A DNA stretch of 64,000 bases, from NCBI GenBank assembly GCA_040954595.2, contig CM082577.2, positions 15,197,903-15,261,902 of the forward strand, given 5' to 3'. The DNA is from Balanoglossus misakiensis. Taxonomy: Eukaryota; Animalia; Hemichordata. The notes under the pieces are model-generated. The model was not told where the DNA came from. It ran no database searches and saw only the letters and a list, made by a program, of their open reading frames with translations. Shown here piece after piece: positions 14,450 through 28,700 of the stretch. A program made the position numbers and the translations under genes. Each line of letters starts with the position of its first letter. Positions within the stretch are counted from its first letter, which is position 1.

Positions 14450-17400
14450 ATCTTAAATAAATATACTTTTAAACACAACGGACTCATGACTCTTTTCTTT
14501 TGATGATGTAATTTACGACTATTTTCAACAAATTTCACTATTTTGCAATACTGAAATGTCAATTGGTCATTTAGTCCCTTTCACTTGTAGTTTCCAGTAA
14601 GCAGATCTTCGAAATAGGTCTGCATACATTGTCCGCATATGCAGTTTTCACCTCATCCGATCGAATAGCTCCATCCTTGGTTTGAGCCAATGGCCAATGC
14701 ATTCTAGGTTGTGATTCATCGATGAGGATCACCACATCGCCAACCTGGATGTTACGCCTTTTTGCGAGCCACTTTGAACCATTCATCAAAGTAGGAAGGT
14801 ATTCCTTCACCCAACGCCGCCAAAACTCATTCAACACAAACTGCACATGCCGCCAGCGTTTTCCATAGGCATCTCTGCATCAAAACATACCTGGCGGTGA
14901 TTAATGGCCTTCACCAGGGCGCAATAGGGTATTCGGTGTCAGTACAGGTGAGTCTCTGCTGTCATCTGACACGACTGTGAGTGGACGAGTGCTCACTACA
15001 TTCTCTACTTCTGCAAATACGGTGTCTAATCTCTCATCATCCAGGACTTGCAATTGGTTTCTCAGCAAGGACACGGGAACGTACAGTGCAAATTTGCCAC
15101 TCCTAAACTCCTCCCATGTGTGACGCAGTTGGTGGATTGAATTCCCATTCAATCTCACGGATCAACAGCTACTGCCTGGTACTCTAGCTGTCATTCCACT
15201 TCTTGATGGATTCTCTCAATTCTTTGTTCCCGCTTACAAAGTTCGTCCCGTTGTCTGAACGGATCTTCTTGGGTTTACCTCTTCTCGCTATAAACCTCAC
15301 CAGGGCATTTATTAACGAATCTCCATCCAGGGAATGCAAGTTTTCAATGTGTATTGGCCTCATGGTCAAACACGTGAACAAACATCCATATCTTTTCTCT
15401 TGGGATCTTCCTCTCTTCACAAAGAATAGATCAAAACAGCTAACTCCTGTGTAAGTAAATGGGGACACACTGTGGAGTGACTCTGACATCTGGTAGATCT
15501 GCCATTCTTTGTTTCTGGAATTCTCCTTTGAGACGCTTGCAGACGACACGTCCTCCGAAAACACTCTTCACTAAAGGGCGTGCTCGTGGTATCCAAAACT
15601 TCTGGCGTAGAAGAGACATCACAAATTCTCGACCGCCATGGTGAGATTCCCACTCGTGAACATCTCTAACCAGAAGCTCTGCAATATGATGTTCTCTCGG
15701 AACAATCATTGGATGTTTCGCTGTGTCTGCTATCGGTGCCATTTCCAATCTCCCTTTGATCTTCAAGTGGCCATCACAGTCATAGAATGGCTCTAATCGG
15801 TATATACAACTCTTCTTTTCTATCGGTCTTCCTGACTTCAGACACTGTATCTCTGCAGAATAGTTCATTTTCTGAGTGTATCTCAAACTAGCTTTCTCAG
15901 CGCCTTGAAGCTCTGCTACGGTGAGAAACTCTTCCATTTTTGGTTTCCCACATCGCTACCACTGACCGAAGTTTCTGTACCATGCAACGGCTTTCCGAAG
16001 CTGGAACCACGTCGAATAGTAACACATCAGTTGATTGACTGCGTCTTCTTGCTTCACAACAGCAGAGTACGCCTGTGTTTATTTTTTCACTTCACTGTCA
16101 CCGTCTAACATAGTAGGACAGTATACAGGCATAGATGGCCAACTATTTTGATTCTTCCACAAAAACTCAGGGCCGTTGTTCCATCTACGTCTTTCCAACA
16201 TGGCCTTTGCAGTTAAGCCCCTTAAGGCATCATCTGCTGGGTTTTCCTTTGAGCCGACATATCACCACTGGGTTGGGATGGAACCTTCGTGAATTATAGT
16301 CAGCCTTGTTGGCCACAAAGGTTTTGAATCCTTTTGTCTTGCTCCGGATGTAATGAAAGATGGTTGTACTGTCGGTCCAGAATACTGATTCCTCCAAGGA
16401 CATCGCTCCTCAGAAAATTGTCCATCCTTACGGCTGTTACTGCTGCACACAACTCAAGTCCAGGAATTGTAATCTGATGTATAGGAGCCAACCTGGACTT
16501 GGCAATCACAAGAGCACAATGGACTCTCTTCTAAGCATTTTCTATTCTCAAATAAGAAGTAACACCAAAAGCATCTTTTGAAGCATCTCCAAAGTGATGC
16601 AGTTGCCTGCGCACCACTTAACCAAACCCAGCTGGTATACGGCATCACGGTTCTTTGATCTTTTCCAACTCAGGCAATCCCATCAGCCATGTTTTCCATT
16701 TCTGGAGGTATTTCTGGGAATTTACAGGATCAATATCGGCATCCCGTATGGATCCATCAGAAGATATCTCAGTAAGGAAACTTGTTGCACAATAATATAT
16801 GCCGTTTTGTCATCTAAACTGGATTACTGGGATGCATTGCTGTACGGACTCCCTGAATCCTGTATCAATCAACTTCAAAAAGCACAAAATACTGCAGCCA
16901 GAATTATTACCCGCACGAGAAAATCTAACCACATTTCACCAGTTCTTCGTAGTCTCCATTGGTTGCAAGTTCGACACAGACTCGACTACAAAATTCTACT
17001 ACTAACGTACAAGGCTCTCAACCATCTTGCCCAAGTCTACATTCGAGATCAGATCAAGCTATATAAGCCTAGTCGTGCTCTGCGCTCCAGCTCAAGGAAG
17101 CAGTTTTGTGTAATAAACTACAGACTCTAAACATATGGTGGACGTGCCTTTTCCGTTGTCGCCTTACAACTTTGGAATTCTCTGCCATCTGACATTCAAC
17201 AGGCTTCTAGTGTAAACATTTTCAAACAAAAACTCAAGACATTTCTATTCGTCAAAGCCTTCAAACACTGATGTTAAACTTTCAGCGCCTTTGGAAATAA
17301 CTTTGTTATTGATTCTGGCGCTATATAAATGTTTATTTTGATTGATTGATTGATCCCAAGCTATTCCACGCTTACACTCATCTTGGAATATCTATTTTGC

Positions 17401-20400
17401 TTGGAGGACATACGGACTTAGAAATCCAATGGGGTCGTAGACGGAGCTGGTGATTCTCAATAATCCACAACGAGTGCATCCCGGAATCTTTTCTCGTATT
17501 TTGATACCAAACCTATCAGTTTCGGTATCCCAGTGAGAGCCCAATGCACGCTTCACGGGTAATGCATCACTGTCTAAATCAAGACTCTTCACTGTCTTGG
17601 CTTGATCATCAATTGGTACCGATTGGATGACATTCTTGCTGTTCGAGGACTATTTTGTCAGACGAAACCCAACTCTGAACAACAACTCGCACAGATTGTC
17701 TATCACTTGACTGGCTTCGTCATCTGAATTCAAAGATCCAAGGTAGTCATCCACGTAGAAATCTCTGTTCAACATATCTATCACTTCAGGAGCAAAGTCA
17801 GATGAATAGTCTTCTGCTGTTTTTCGTAGGGCATAACTGGCACAGCTTGGACTCCAAATACCTCAAAATAGGTGAACTGTCATCCACAGAATTTCTAGCT
17901 CGGCACCTATCTCTCCCCGTCTTTTCACTACAAAAACCTCAAGACATCTCTATGTTTGTCGGGTACCTTCACCTGATTAAATATTCCCTCTATGTCTCCC
18001 ATGATGGCGACTGGCTTTTCCCCAAAGCGTAGAAGCACTCCTATCAGGTTGTTGGTTAGATCAGGTCCCTGAAGTACCTGTTTGTTGAGGGAGGTGCCTT
18101 CATATTCCGGAGCGCAATCAAATACGAACCGAAATTTGTCCGGCTTATCACGGTGCACCACATTATGATGTGACAAATACCACTCACATCCTTCCGGTGG
18201 ATCTATCTGATCTAGTGGCACTCGTTCTGCATAACATTTGTTGATCAGGTCTTGAATGCATTCTTTGTACTTTTGGTGAAGGTCCTGGTTCTTTGCCAGT
18301 CTTCTCCCCAGACTCTGTAGTCTTCTTTCTGCTAATTTTCTCTTATTGGGCAATTTTGCTGTGGAGTCTTTAAAATGGAATGTCCAGACAATAATGTCCA
18401 TCCTTCAGAGAAACAGACTCATTCCCAACCTTGATAACTTTCTTGTCATCTTGAGACGGGTGTGGTTTGGACTTGGCAAGAATTGGTGCACTGTCTAAAT
18501 TCCAAAACTGCTCAACCTGCGACTCCAAATGATCATCTCTGCTGTTCGAACCTGCCTGAATGAAGTAGCTGGATACAGAATCATCAGATGATCTTCCAAC
18601 AGGTCCGTTTACCATCCGACCTAGAACAGTTCTGGTTGCGTATGGCTCATCCAGTCGGCCATGCCTAACTTCTAATTTATGAGTGCAGCACAATTATCTT
18701 GGCCAATTATAATTGAAATGTTACTCAAGTCATCATGTGGTAACTTCAGATCTTGTAGATGACTCCGCTTGGCAATGTCAACACTTGCGACATTTTGTGT
18801 CAATGTAGGAAATTATTGCAATGCAAACACTGTAGGCAGATCTTCCGTTGCGGCAACATTTTTGTCTGCTCCAAGGGTTTCCAAAGACAGAGAGGTTTCC
18901 TGTTCCTTCAACGGCAACTGGTCAGCCAGCGCTGTTGAACAAAATGTTCTGTTACTTCCAGAATCCAACAGTGCTTTGTCATGATGAACTTGATCTGACC
19001 TTTTCCTCTAACATAAACAGACACAGTAGGCAGCGCTATCTTAACAGAAAGTTTATCCTGAGCTGATTGCCCACAAGCATAGCTTTGTGTTTCTTCCTGT
19101 ACCTTCTCATCGGTATCAGTGTTTGGTCCTACAGGTAATACTGTGCCGCCTGTTAGTGGTGTAGAAAAGAAACCATCAGGAAGCAGGACTGCATGTTTCT
19201 TACCGCATATTTTACAGGACACACATTTGCTCGTTTGCAATTGCGGAGACCATGCAACGTAAACACAGTCACCCTTTCTTCATCATTTTAACTTGCTGTA
19301 CAGGAGTCATCTTCTTAAACTGTTCACAAACTGTCAGAGAATGGCCCTGGCCACAAATATGACAGTTCAGTTTGTTCTGTGACCTGGCGCTTGCTGGCCT
19401 GTTATTGGAAGATGCATGTCCGTCTTTGGGTGTACCTGTACTGGTAGCCTGTACTTTGAATCTGGCTCCTTTCCCCTGGTAACCGATTTGCAACCTTTAT
19501 CCACGTTCGCCTTTGACTGCAGCTCAATTTTCCCGAAGACAGGATCACAAGCTTCTTCAGCTACTCTTTCAAGAAATTCCACACACTCTTTAAAGGATAT
19601 CTGCCTCTGCCTGTCTTGATTTGATATGCATACTTTCGCCACCTTGATTGTAGATACATAGGCAAACGTGTCATAACCTTTACCATTCTCTCTTGGGAAT
19701 CTATATCACCCACACGGTTGATAGCTCTGAGTGTTTCCAAACACCCCCTGATTTCATCTGCAAACTCTTGTTGGGCTTCACCATCATTCGATTTTAAAGG
19801 CGGTACGTTGACTATTTTGTTGACCCATGATGCTTGGCTTATACTGTAAGGATCACCACAGCATTTTTTTTCAATAGCTCTTTGGCCCTTTTGTAACCCT
19901 CAGAGGGCTCAATCAATGCAAAGGATTTTAAAGCCGTACCAGCCTTTTCAATACAGTTTTCGAGTAGGCAAGTGACAAGTGAGTTTGTCAGCATCATTAA
20001 GTTATAGACTTGTCCACAAAACTGTCAAATGAGCTCATAAAAACTGCAATTCGCATAGGATTGCCCTCAAATTCCGCAATCTTGGTTTTAGGCAATCGAA
20101 TGGCATCAAAGAGTTGACGTTGTGCAACTCGCTGTCTTCTTTTATTGACACACCACCCTTTTCCAATACTTCAGTTTTCTCAACTGCTGCTTATGAGCGG
20201 GCTTGTTGATCAATGATGTCGTCATTTAAAGACACATGCAACCGAGAACATGAGGAAGACTTGGAGGATCTTTTTAACTTACTGGCTGGAACAGACGGGA
20301 AAGTAGCATCCACCTTCGACATTGCTGGAGACTGTGCCTTTGAATCGGGCCCCACCCAGCAGCCGCAGGATTCAAAATTGAACCATGGCGTGATTTTTCC

Positions 20401-21370
20401 ATCATTAAGATAAATGTATTCCCTGCAATATCAGGCACACGACAGTTTTGCTAATTTCTCTCCCTCTACCCTAGTGGCCTCCAACTCAGTTTCCATATCC
20501 AGTTTCTGCATATATTTCATCGCCTTCAGCTCCAAACACTCCTTTTCAACTTCTGCCTCTTCTACATATCGTTTTCCTCTTTAGAATTCTCTCTCTGCCT
20601 CCTCTGCTTTCTCTATGACTGCAATTTTACTGCGATGAAATTCTTACATCGTTTTACCCATTTTTTTATTCAATGTCTATTTCGCTAGCATATTGATCTT
20701 CTATCATTTTTGCCTTAGCTGTCAGAGCAGCTTTCTTTGCTACTACCTTTACTGACCTTGGAATTCGTGTATGAGCCTGCCATGGAAACACTGTAATTCC
20801 TGTGGAATATGCGGGTTCACATCGGTCTCTAGCCTGCATCAAAACATCTTCCATTTGTTGGAAATGATTAGCAAGGCGTCCATGTTTTGCTTTATCATCC
20901 GGTCCAATGAGACCGACAAACTGAATATTAACCTCTTTAAACCTATCGAAGGCAGCCTCAAGAGTGCCGTATATTTCTTCCAGCTCTTCCACTGGTCTGT
21001 TGTCCTCATATGTCTTGCATAGTTTCATATAACAAACAGTAGCACGAGAGGCAAGACCTGCCCTTCTATGCCCAAGAAAGACAACTTCTCTTTTGTCCCA
21101 TCCTTTGCCGACCTCGATCATCATTTAAAATATCACGCATCCAAGCGTCACTGCCTTGTGTACTGCCGGAAGCCATGATCATATGTTTATGTCCTTACAC
21201 TTATGCGTTTGCTTCAAGTTCGAATCCGAATCTGAATCCAGGCCTCACTTGATAGGACGTCTTTGTTAGGATGTATTATTGTTAAAATCGACGTCGTTCT
21301 CATGAGGTCAACTTGTGGCATTTCAGTTTTTGGCACATGGATTTATTCTTGGATAAGATAGCAACTGAAA
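14450..21370 (-). mobile_element. Decayed BEL/Pao LTR retrotransposon (gag-pro-RT-RNaseH-IN)
   Basis: Gag Cys-His knuckles (CHICGQGH, CKICGKKH), protease ALLDSGS, RT GPDLTNNLIGVLLRF and YVDD, RNase H AKSRLAP...LELCAA, integrase [27 protein letters not shown]; frameshifted; LTRs not resolved. Confidence 0.9.
16725..17355 (+). mobile_element. 5'-truncated L2/CR1 LINE inserted in BEL pol
   Basis: SKLDYWDALLYGLP...HISPVLRSLHWL C-terminus, then AATAAA-like signal and (ATTG)n tail. Confidence 0.85.
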
Positions 21371-21407
21371 AACTTTGTTGTCGGTCAGCCCTTTTTTCAC
21401 ATCTTTT

Positions 21408-21408
21408 T

Positions 21409-21445
<37 letters not shown>

Positions 21446-22690
21446 CAAAAACTTTATATAGCGCCAAAATCCAAAACAAAAAATTTTGCCCAATGAAGCT
21501 CATGGTTAAACCACACTGTATGCTCCTTCGAACATGTGAGTTTTAAGTTTTCTTTATAAAGTCTCCAGGTTTGTAGATTCCCTGATATAGAGGTAGTGCA
21601 TTCCACAGCTTAGGGGCTGCATAAGAGAAGGCCCGGCCGCCATAGGTCGTGTTTTTGTAGGTTGTACATGTTAAGAGTTTCTTGGTGGATGAACGCAGTG
21701 TACGATTGGGAGTGTATGGCTTCACTAGATCACTGATGTAAGCGGGAGTCTGGTTATGGATAACTTTGAAAGTTATCAACAAAATGTTCTAGTCGATCCT
21801 GAGACGAACTGGTAACCAATGGAGCTGGGAAAGAACTGGAGTGATATGCGTGAATTTCCTAGTGCGCATGACTTTTCTGGCTGAAGTATTCTGAGCTCTT
21901 TGTAATAGGGCGATTGTGTTTTCTGGGAGATCATACAGGAGTGAGTTACAGTAGTCAATTTTGGCAGATAGAGTTGCATGTACTAAGGTTTGGCAAGTCT
22001 CGTTGGTGATGTAACGTCGTACAGATCCAATTCGGCCGAGCTGACTGTAGATCGACTTGCAGGTGTACTTTATGTGTTGACTGAACATATGATTACTGTC
22101 GAAGATCATGCCAATATTGCGGGAGGATGAAACTGGTGTGACAGAAGTGGAACCAATGTTGACACTGTTAACAGGATCTGGTGAGCAGTAAAACTTGGAG
22201 CGAATCAGAAGGACTTCGGTTTTACTGTCATTGAGCTGGAGTTTATTATGGGTTATCCATTCCTTGATGTCAATAATGCAGGTTTCAATCGAAGACAGAG
22301 CTGCGGGAGAGTCACGATGAGAAAATGAACGATAAAGCTGGTTGTCATCTGCGTACTGGTGAAAATGTAGATGGTGCTTGTGTATCACATTTTATAGAGG
22401 AGCAATGTAGGTAGTAAACAAGAATGGCCCGACAACTGAGCCCTGAGGGACGTCGAAGCTGAGTTTTGATTGTTCACTGATGACATCGTTAATTTTAACC
22501 GACTGTTCCCATTGCTTCAAATATGAAGTGAACAATTGAGTGCGACACCGGAGATACCAAGATGCGAGAGTCGACAAAGTAATATATTGTGATCAATTGT
22601 GTCAAAAGCAGCGGAGAGATCAAGGAAGATGAGAAGAACATAGTTGCCAGACTCCACAGATAAACAGATGTCGTTGTGTACTTTCAAAAG
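21408..22690 (-). mobile_element. 5'-truncated L2/CR1 LINE
   Basis: LDLSAAFDT, VPQGSVVGP, YADD, LHWLPV motifs; (TTGA)n 3' tail at 21408-21442. Confidence 0.88.
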
Positions 22691-22984
22691 TGCAGTTTCT
22701 GTACTGTGGTATTTTTTGTATGCTGACTGTAATGGTACCTGGAGGGAGAGCTCAAACAGTGAGCAGCCATCTTTCTTTTTTGTTTACGTGCGTTGGAGCG
22801 GGGTGTCTTGAAACCGTCTGCATAACCGCATACCTGTACACAGTGAGTTGGGGCGCCTTGAAACTCAAGGCGTATTTAACTTGCGTTCCGTACGTACCGT
22901 TCCGTACGGCTTTTTTAGTGCACGCTAAATTCTATTGTTCTCAGTGCCAGATGTATAATAATGTATGTAACTGTAAACTGCTTT

Positions 22985-23870
22985 AACGCTTTCTTGTATA
23001 AATCTCATTTCGTTTGTTTACAAGTCACATGGTTATACTTTTTTGCACAATGCTCAATATAAACAATCGACTTATTCAAATAAACGTTATCTTATTACAG
23101 ACTATTCAAATAAACGTTATCTTATTACAGACTGTTGTTAAATATCCAGTAACTTGGACCTTTCTCATGCTTACAATATACAAAGGACAGCACAACTGCC
23201 ATGTGATAACTATAACTTGCAGGAAGGATTTCATACAATGTAGTACTTTTGTTAATTCCATTTGTCACAAGAAAAAAGTCTAGATGGCTTTGTGTAATAG
23301 GCCTTCTCCGCCGCCAGGTGTATTGCTTAACATAAGGATGAAACTTACGCCAAATGTCGCACAAATCATACAATTGCAAAATATATTTTTTATGAACGCC
23401 TTGCGATAGCATCAACCCAGTCGTTGTCTTTGTCACATCTTGAAAATTTGTTTACCTTTGGATCCAACGTAGTATTAAAATCGCCACAAAATACAATGTG
23501 GTCACCATCTAACATCACTTGATTTACAAAATTACAAAGACTAGCAAAAAATGACAATTTTGCAGAAGTACTGTTCGGAGCGTAATTACTGAAAAGACGG
23601 AGGGAAGATTCCTCTAAATCTAATTTTACACTGATAAATCTCCCAATGCTGTCTTTATGAACCTCACTAGTAGAAACAGGAATGCTATTTGAAAAAAAAA
23701 GTATTGCAACCCCCTAGCTATGTATTGTGCCGTGGTTATATAAATGTAACCTCCCCATACTCTATTCCATATTTTCTCATCACTCTTTTTACTATAGGTC
23801 TCTTGCAAGCAAATAATATGGAAACCTTTACTACGGCACCAATTGAAAATAAGGTTGCGTTTTGTTCTTT
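22985..23870 (-). pseudogene. L1/Tx1-clade endonuclease remnant
   Basis: LQETYS, YAPN, CGDFN, DIWRKFHP...YTWRR...HLDFFLV, GPSYWIFNNSL; disrupted. Confidence 0.75.
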
Positions 23871-23971
23871 CTAATGTTCAGTGTAACTATTGTACAAGCC
23901 ATAAATGAAAACACACACAAAGAAAAAAATCAGGAATATGATAGAAACTTTTTTGTCGGTCACCCTTTTTT

Positions 23972-24016
23972 TTCTTCTTCTTCGTCTTCTTCTTCTTCTT
24001 CTTCTTCTTCTTCTTC
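23972..24016. repeat. (TTC)n microsatellite, Tx1 insertion target
   Basis: Directly visible; abuts the element 5' end. Confidence 0.95.
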
Positions 24017-24223
24017 CATATTGGTTGACTGTAAGAAGGAGAGCTCCTGAATTGTGGTATTTTTTTCTCCACTGTGGACGGTGTTCCAGGAAAGTTTGAC
24101 ATTTTCTGGACTGTGATTGTCTACTGTTTCTCCGTGTGTGCTTTTTGGGACCTTTTCGACGAGGATTGCTGTGATTGCGGCAGATAACTGATTTGGTGCT
24201 TGTCACCAATCAGACCTGCCAAT

Positions 24224-25789
24224 ATGGCGGCCGGACGGGCTTGGGCTCAGTACGGCAACGACGTTACCCTGACAAGGCTGTCTATGAAAAACGCGTTGAA
24301 GATTGAGAGTCTGGAGGGGATAAGTGTGAACACCTATGTGGAGAAGATTGCGGAATTGGTTGAGGTTAGTGAAATTCTGGCTGCCTCCAGAATGAATAGA
24401 TCTGTGGTCGTGTTTTTGAAAAATATGCAATCGGTTGAAATGGTTTGCGCCTCAGGACTAACGATTGGCGAAGATTTTATACAGCCCCAACCGATGGTGA
24501 AACCAGCGACAAAGGTAATCCTTTCGAATGTGCCACCATTTATACCCAACGATTTGCTTGCTGAACGTTTGGAGTTATATGGAAAGGTCATTACGCAGAG
24601 TTTCCGGTATATTCCGCTGGGTTGCAAAAAGGCCGAACTCAGACATGTCAAGTCATTCCGACGCCAGGTGTTTGTGGTGCTTAAACAACAAACCGATATT
24701 GATGGTGTTTTGAATATTCTTTGTGACGGACATTTTTACCCTGTGTACGTGTCAACGGAGAACGCTAAGTGCTTCCACTGTAAAGAGGTCGGACACTTCC
24801 GGAAAGACTGCCCTGTTCTTGCCAGCGAAAAGGAGACCACAGGACTTAACACCGAGGACGTTAATACACATACGGATCACCAACAGGAACAAAATACCAC
24901 ATCAATTGAAAACACCAGCGATTCTTTACCGGTACATTCCAGTCAATATGTTGAAGGAAATACACAACCCAGCCAACCTGATGCTACAAATACGGAATTA
25001 CAGTCTTTCAGTGTCATCGATCATGATACGCCAGATGAAATGGATTCTGAACAAATACAGGGTGAGACATCATCACCACGGATGAACAAGCGTGACAGAT
25101 CGCCGAGCCCTGCTGACGACTTGACAGAGTCGCATTCAGAGAAGAAACGGTGTGAAATGGAAGAAAATCAAGAACAGTCTCCATTAACGTGTGAAGATAA
25201 TGAACAGTCTAATGTGAGTGACATTATTGGTGTTTCTGATGAAGAGAGGGTACGACCCCCTCCTTCAACTCATGATGTTCAGAATGTTTCCTCTGTTGAC
25301 AGTGTTCCCTCCTCCGAAATACATTCCATTCCTGAGGAGTCCCCATGTTGTTCTAACGCAGCAGCTATTGTATTACATGAAACAGGCAGCAGCCAAGAAA
25401 GCCTGGTTTGTTCTCAGCCATCTTCTTTTCCCCCTCCTTCAGGTATTCCAGTTCATAATGCTTTTGGTGTTTTATCAAATGATAGTGAGACCATGGACGA
25501 CGATGATACTGTTTCACGCAGTTCTTCGTTATCTGATTTGTCAACCATGAGTGAATTGTCTGATAAATCATCTGTTTGTTTGTCACAGAAATCCTTACTT
25601 GATTTCATAGAAGATATTAAGTATTCTAAAAAACCTATTGAGCAATCACAAGAATATTGTTCAGATTTAATGCTGTTAATGAAGTCTCTTTCTCACGTAC
25701 TGAAAGCTGGTGTTCTTTCTAGTAAACAGAAAACCCGTGTAGGAAAACTAGTTAAAAAGATAAGAATGTACGTTAAACATAACCATTAG
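24224..25789 (+). CDS. Tx1 ORF1 (nucleic-acid binding, CCHC zinc knuckle)
   Basis: AASRMNRSVVVFL, KVILSNVPPFIP, CFHCKEVGHFRKDC; first ATG at 24224. Confidence 0.9.
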   Translation: MAAGRAWAQYGNDVTLTRLSMKNALKIESLEGISVNTYVEKIAELVEVSEILAASRMNRSVVVFLKNMQSVEMVCASGLTIGEDFIQPQPMVKPATKVILSNVPPFIPNDLLAERLELYGKVITQSFRYIPLGCKKAELRHVKSFRRQVFVVLKQQTDIDGVLNILCDGHFYPVYVSTENAKCFHCKEVGHFRKDCPVLASEKETTGLNTEDVNTHTDHQQEQNTTSIENTSDSLPVHSSQYVEGNTQPSQPDATNTELQSFSVIDHDTPDEMDSEQIQGETSSPRMNKRDRSPSPADDLTESHSEKKRCEMEENQEQSPLTCEDNEQSNVSDIIGVSDEERVRPPPSTHDVQNVSSVDSVPSSEIHSIPEESPCCSNAAAIVLHETGSSQESLVCSQPSSFPPPSGIPVHNAFGVLSNDSETMDDDDTVSRSSSLSDLSTMSELSDKSSVCLSQKSLLDFIEDIKYSKKPIEQSQEYCSDLMLLMKSLSHVLKAGVLSSKQKTRVGKLVKKIRMYVKHNH

Positions 25790-25791
25790 TC

Positions 25792-28700
25792 ATGGATTTC
25801 ATTAGATATTACTTTTATTTATTGATAATGGTCTGTCTTACACTTTCAACTTTTAATGTACGAGGGTGTAAAGATGCGATGAAACGCTATCAAACTTTTG
25901 AGTTTTTGAAAAAATTTCAACGTTCGGATGTATTTTTTCTTCAAGAGACTCATTCTGTACCTTTTGATGAAGACCTCTGGAGACTGATTTGGAGGGGTCA
26001 TGGTGAATTTTCTCACCTCTCTTCAAATAGCAGTGGTGTTGCAATATTATTTTCACCTGGTTTAAAAGTTGATATTGTGAGTTCTCGCTCGGTAATTCCG
26101 GGTAGACTTCTTCATGTCAAAGCGACAATCAAGGATTTTACTTACAACTTTATTAATATGTATGCTTCTGTGGATCATAGTGAACGGCTTAATAATTTTC
26201 GTGAGCTGAAAAAGCTCTTGAATGACTTGCAAAATGATGACATTGTTATTGTAGGGGGTGATTTTAATTGTACCATTAATCCGGGTAAAGATAGATTGAA
26301 TGGCAAAGAACCTGATCATTTCTCTTCTGATTTACTTTCTAATATCATTCATCGTTTTAAATTGTGTGATGCCTGGAGACATTTTCACGGTCAAGACACT
26401 TTGAACTTTACCTGGAAAAGACAGAGTAGTGCGGCAAGACTTGATCGCTTTTACATACCTAAACATCTGTGCAGTAAAATTCAGTCTGTTTCTATTGTTC
26501 CTGGGTTTAAGTCTGACCATGATGTTGTCAATTTGGGCATTTCACAATCTAATTTTAAACCACGCAGTGCGGTTTGGTGTTTAAACACTGAATTGTTATC
26601 AGATGAAGTTTATTGCGAGCTCATTGCTGATTTTTGGGCGAATTGGAAATTGCGTAAAACACTTTATAGTTCTATTCAAGTGTGGTGGGACATAGGGAAA
26701 CAACAGATTAAATTTCTGACCCAGCAATATTGTACTGAAAGAAAATGGAAGAAAATGAATCTGAAACGCGACCTGGAGTGTGAATTACGTAACATTGAAA
26801 GTATTCACGGGAGAGGCTGTGAAGCGTTGGCCACTTTTGTTGAAAAGAGAAATCTATTGGACAAGATTATTCATTCGCAGGTGCAAGGCGCTGTTGTTAG
26901 GTCAAGGTTCAAACAGCTGAATGAAAGTGACAGTTCTACGTCATTCTTTTATGATCTGGAACGCCACAAAGGTGTGAAAAAATTCATGACTCATTTGCGT
27001 ATGATGAATGGTGAGCTCACAGAAAACCCGTCTCAAATTCGTCAATTAGCGAGAGATTTCTTCTCTGATCTTTACTCTCCAGATGCTGTTTCGATTGAGG
27101 CTCAAGATGTTCTTTTAAAAGATTTGCCGACTCTTAATGAAGAAAATGTGCGTGCTCTTGATTTGCCTCTTTCTTTTGAGGAATTTACGCAATCGCTGAC
27201 GCTTCTCAATAATAATGCTTCCCCGGGTATTGATGGTCTCCCGGCAGAGTTTTATAAAAAATTTTGGTCCACTCTTGGCAAAGATTGTTTTGAAGTTTTC
27301 ACTGCTGCGGTTCAGGATGGTACTCTTCCTTTATCTTGTAGAAGAGCTATTTTAACTTTAATCCCTAAAACAGGTGACAGTAGCTTATTGAAAAACTGGC
27401 GTCCTGTCTCTGTCCTATGTTCGGACTACAAAATTTTAACGAAAGCTTTGTCAATTCGTCTTCGGACTGTTTTATCAGATATTATTGATATTGATCAAAG
27501 TTACTGTGTCCCTGGAAGGCGTATTTCTGATAATATCACCCTTATTCGTGATGTTGTTCAGTATGCTAATGATCAGAATAGGACGCTTGGTATTTTGTCG
27601 TTGGATCAGGAAAAGGCTTTCGACCGGGTCCATCACAGTTACTTGATTAAGACTTTGCAGGCTTTTGGTTTTGGTCCAAATTTTATTAGCTATATTAGAC
27701 TCCTTTACTCTAGCACTGAAAGTCTTTTGAAGCTGAATAATGGGCTTACTGCACCAATCTCTTTTAATCGCGGTATCCGGCAGGGGTGCTCTTTGTCGGG
27801 CCAGTTGTACTCAATCTGCATTGAGCCTTTTCTACATAAAGTTCGTACTCAGAGTAACATGCGTGGTTTTGAACTTCCAAACTCCAATAGGAAGCGTTGT
27901 CACTTATCGGCGTATGCAGACGATATTAGCTTTCTGATGAGTCATGATGACGACTTTATGAATTTACAGCATTGGATTAACATGTATGAAAGAGCTTCTA
28001 ATGCGAGGATTAATTATTTTAAATCTAAGGGCTTGTGGTGTGGTAGATGGAAAGGGCGGGGTGACTCTCCTTTAAATATCAAATGGTCTTCCAGTGGGTT
28101 AAAATTGTTAGGTGTTTTTATCGGGAACGAGGCTGCCTATGCTGTTAAGAATTGGGAGGACATGAGTCGGATGATTGATGCTAAACTGAATGAGTGGAAG
28201 CGGTTTGCAACTGCGTTATCGTATCAAGGCCGTGTTTTGGTCATTAATCAGTTGGCCGCTACAAAGATTCTTCATCGTTTAGCAGTTATTTCACTTCCTA
28301 AAGATCTTATTGATGCTCTTCAGCAGAAATTTCTTAACTTTTTGTGGCAAGGTCGTCATTGGGTTGCTAGGGAAACTGTGTATCTACCCGTTAAAAAGGG
28401 TGGGCAGGGTCTTATTCATCTCCAGTCTCGCTTAAATGCTTTTAGGTTACAGCACCTTCAACGTTATTTATATGGGAATGAGAAACATCCTTGTTATTTT
28501 TTCTTTGACTATTATCTTGGCAATATCGAAGATCTACATTATGACAAACAACTTTTTTGTGTCGGTTTAAAAGATTTGAGAGTTAATACTTTTATGCCAA
28601 ACTTCTATCATGATGTGTGGAGGGTGATTAATTCGAGATCCTTGGTTATTAGACGTGATGGAAAACCCTTTACCATTGAAGGTGTTTTAAATGAGCCGCT

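Noticed and set aside
21376-23975. Shared ttgtcggtca(g)cccttttt at ~21378 and ~23953 as a TSD
   Set aside because: Imperfect, low in complexity, and does not bracket a single element.
23862-24209. Poly-Ser/Arg/Lys/Leu ORFs
   Set aside because: Readings of the (TTC)n microsatellite.
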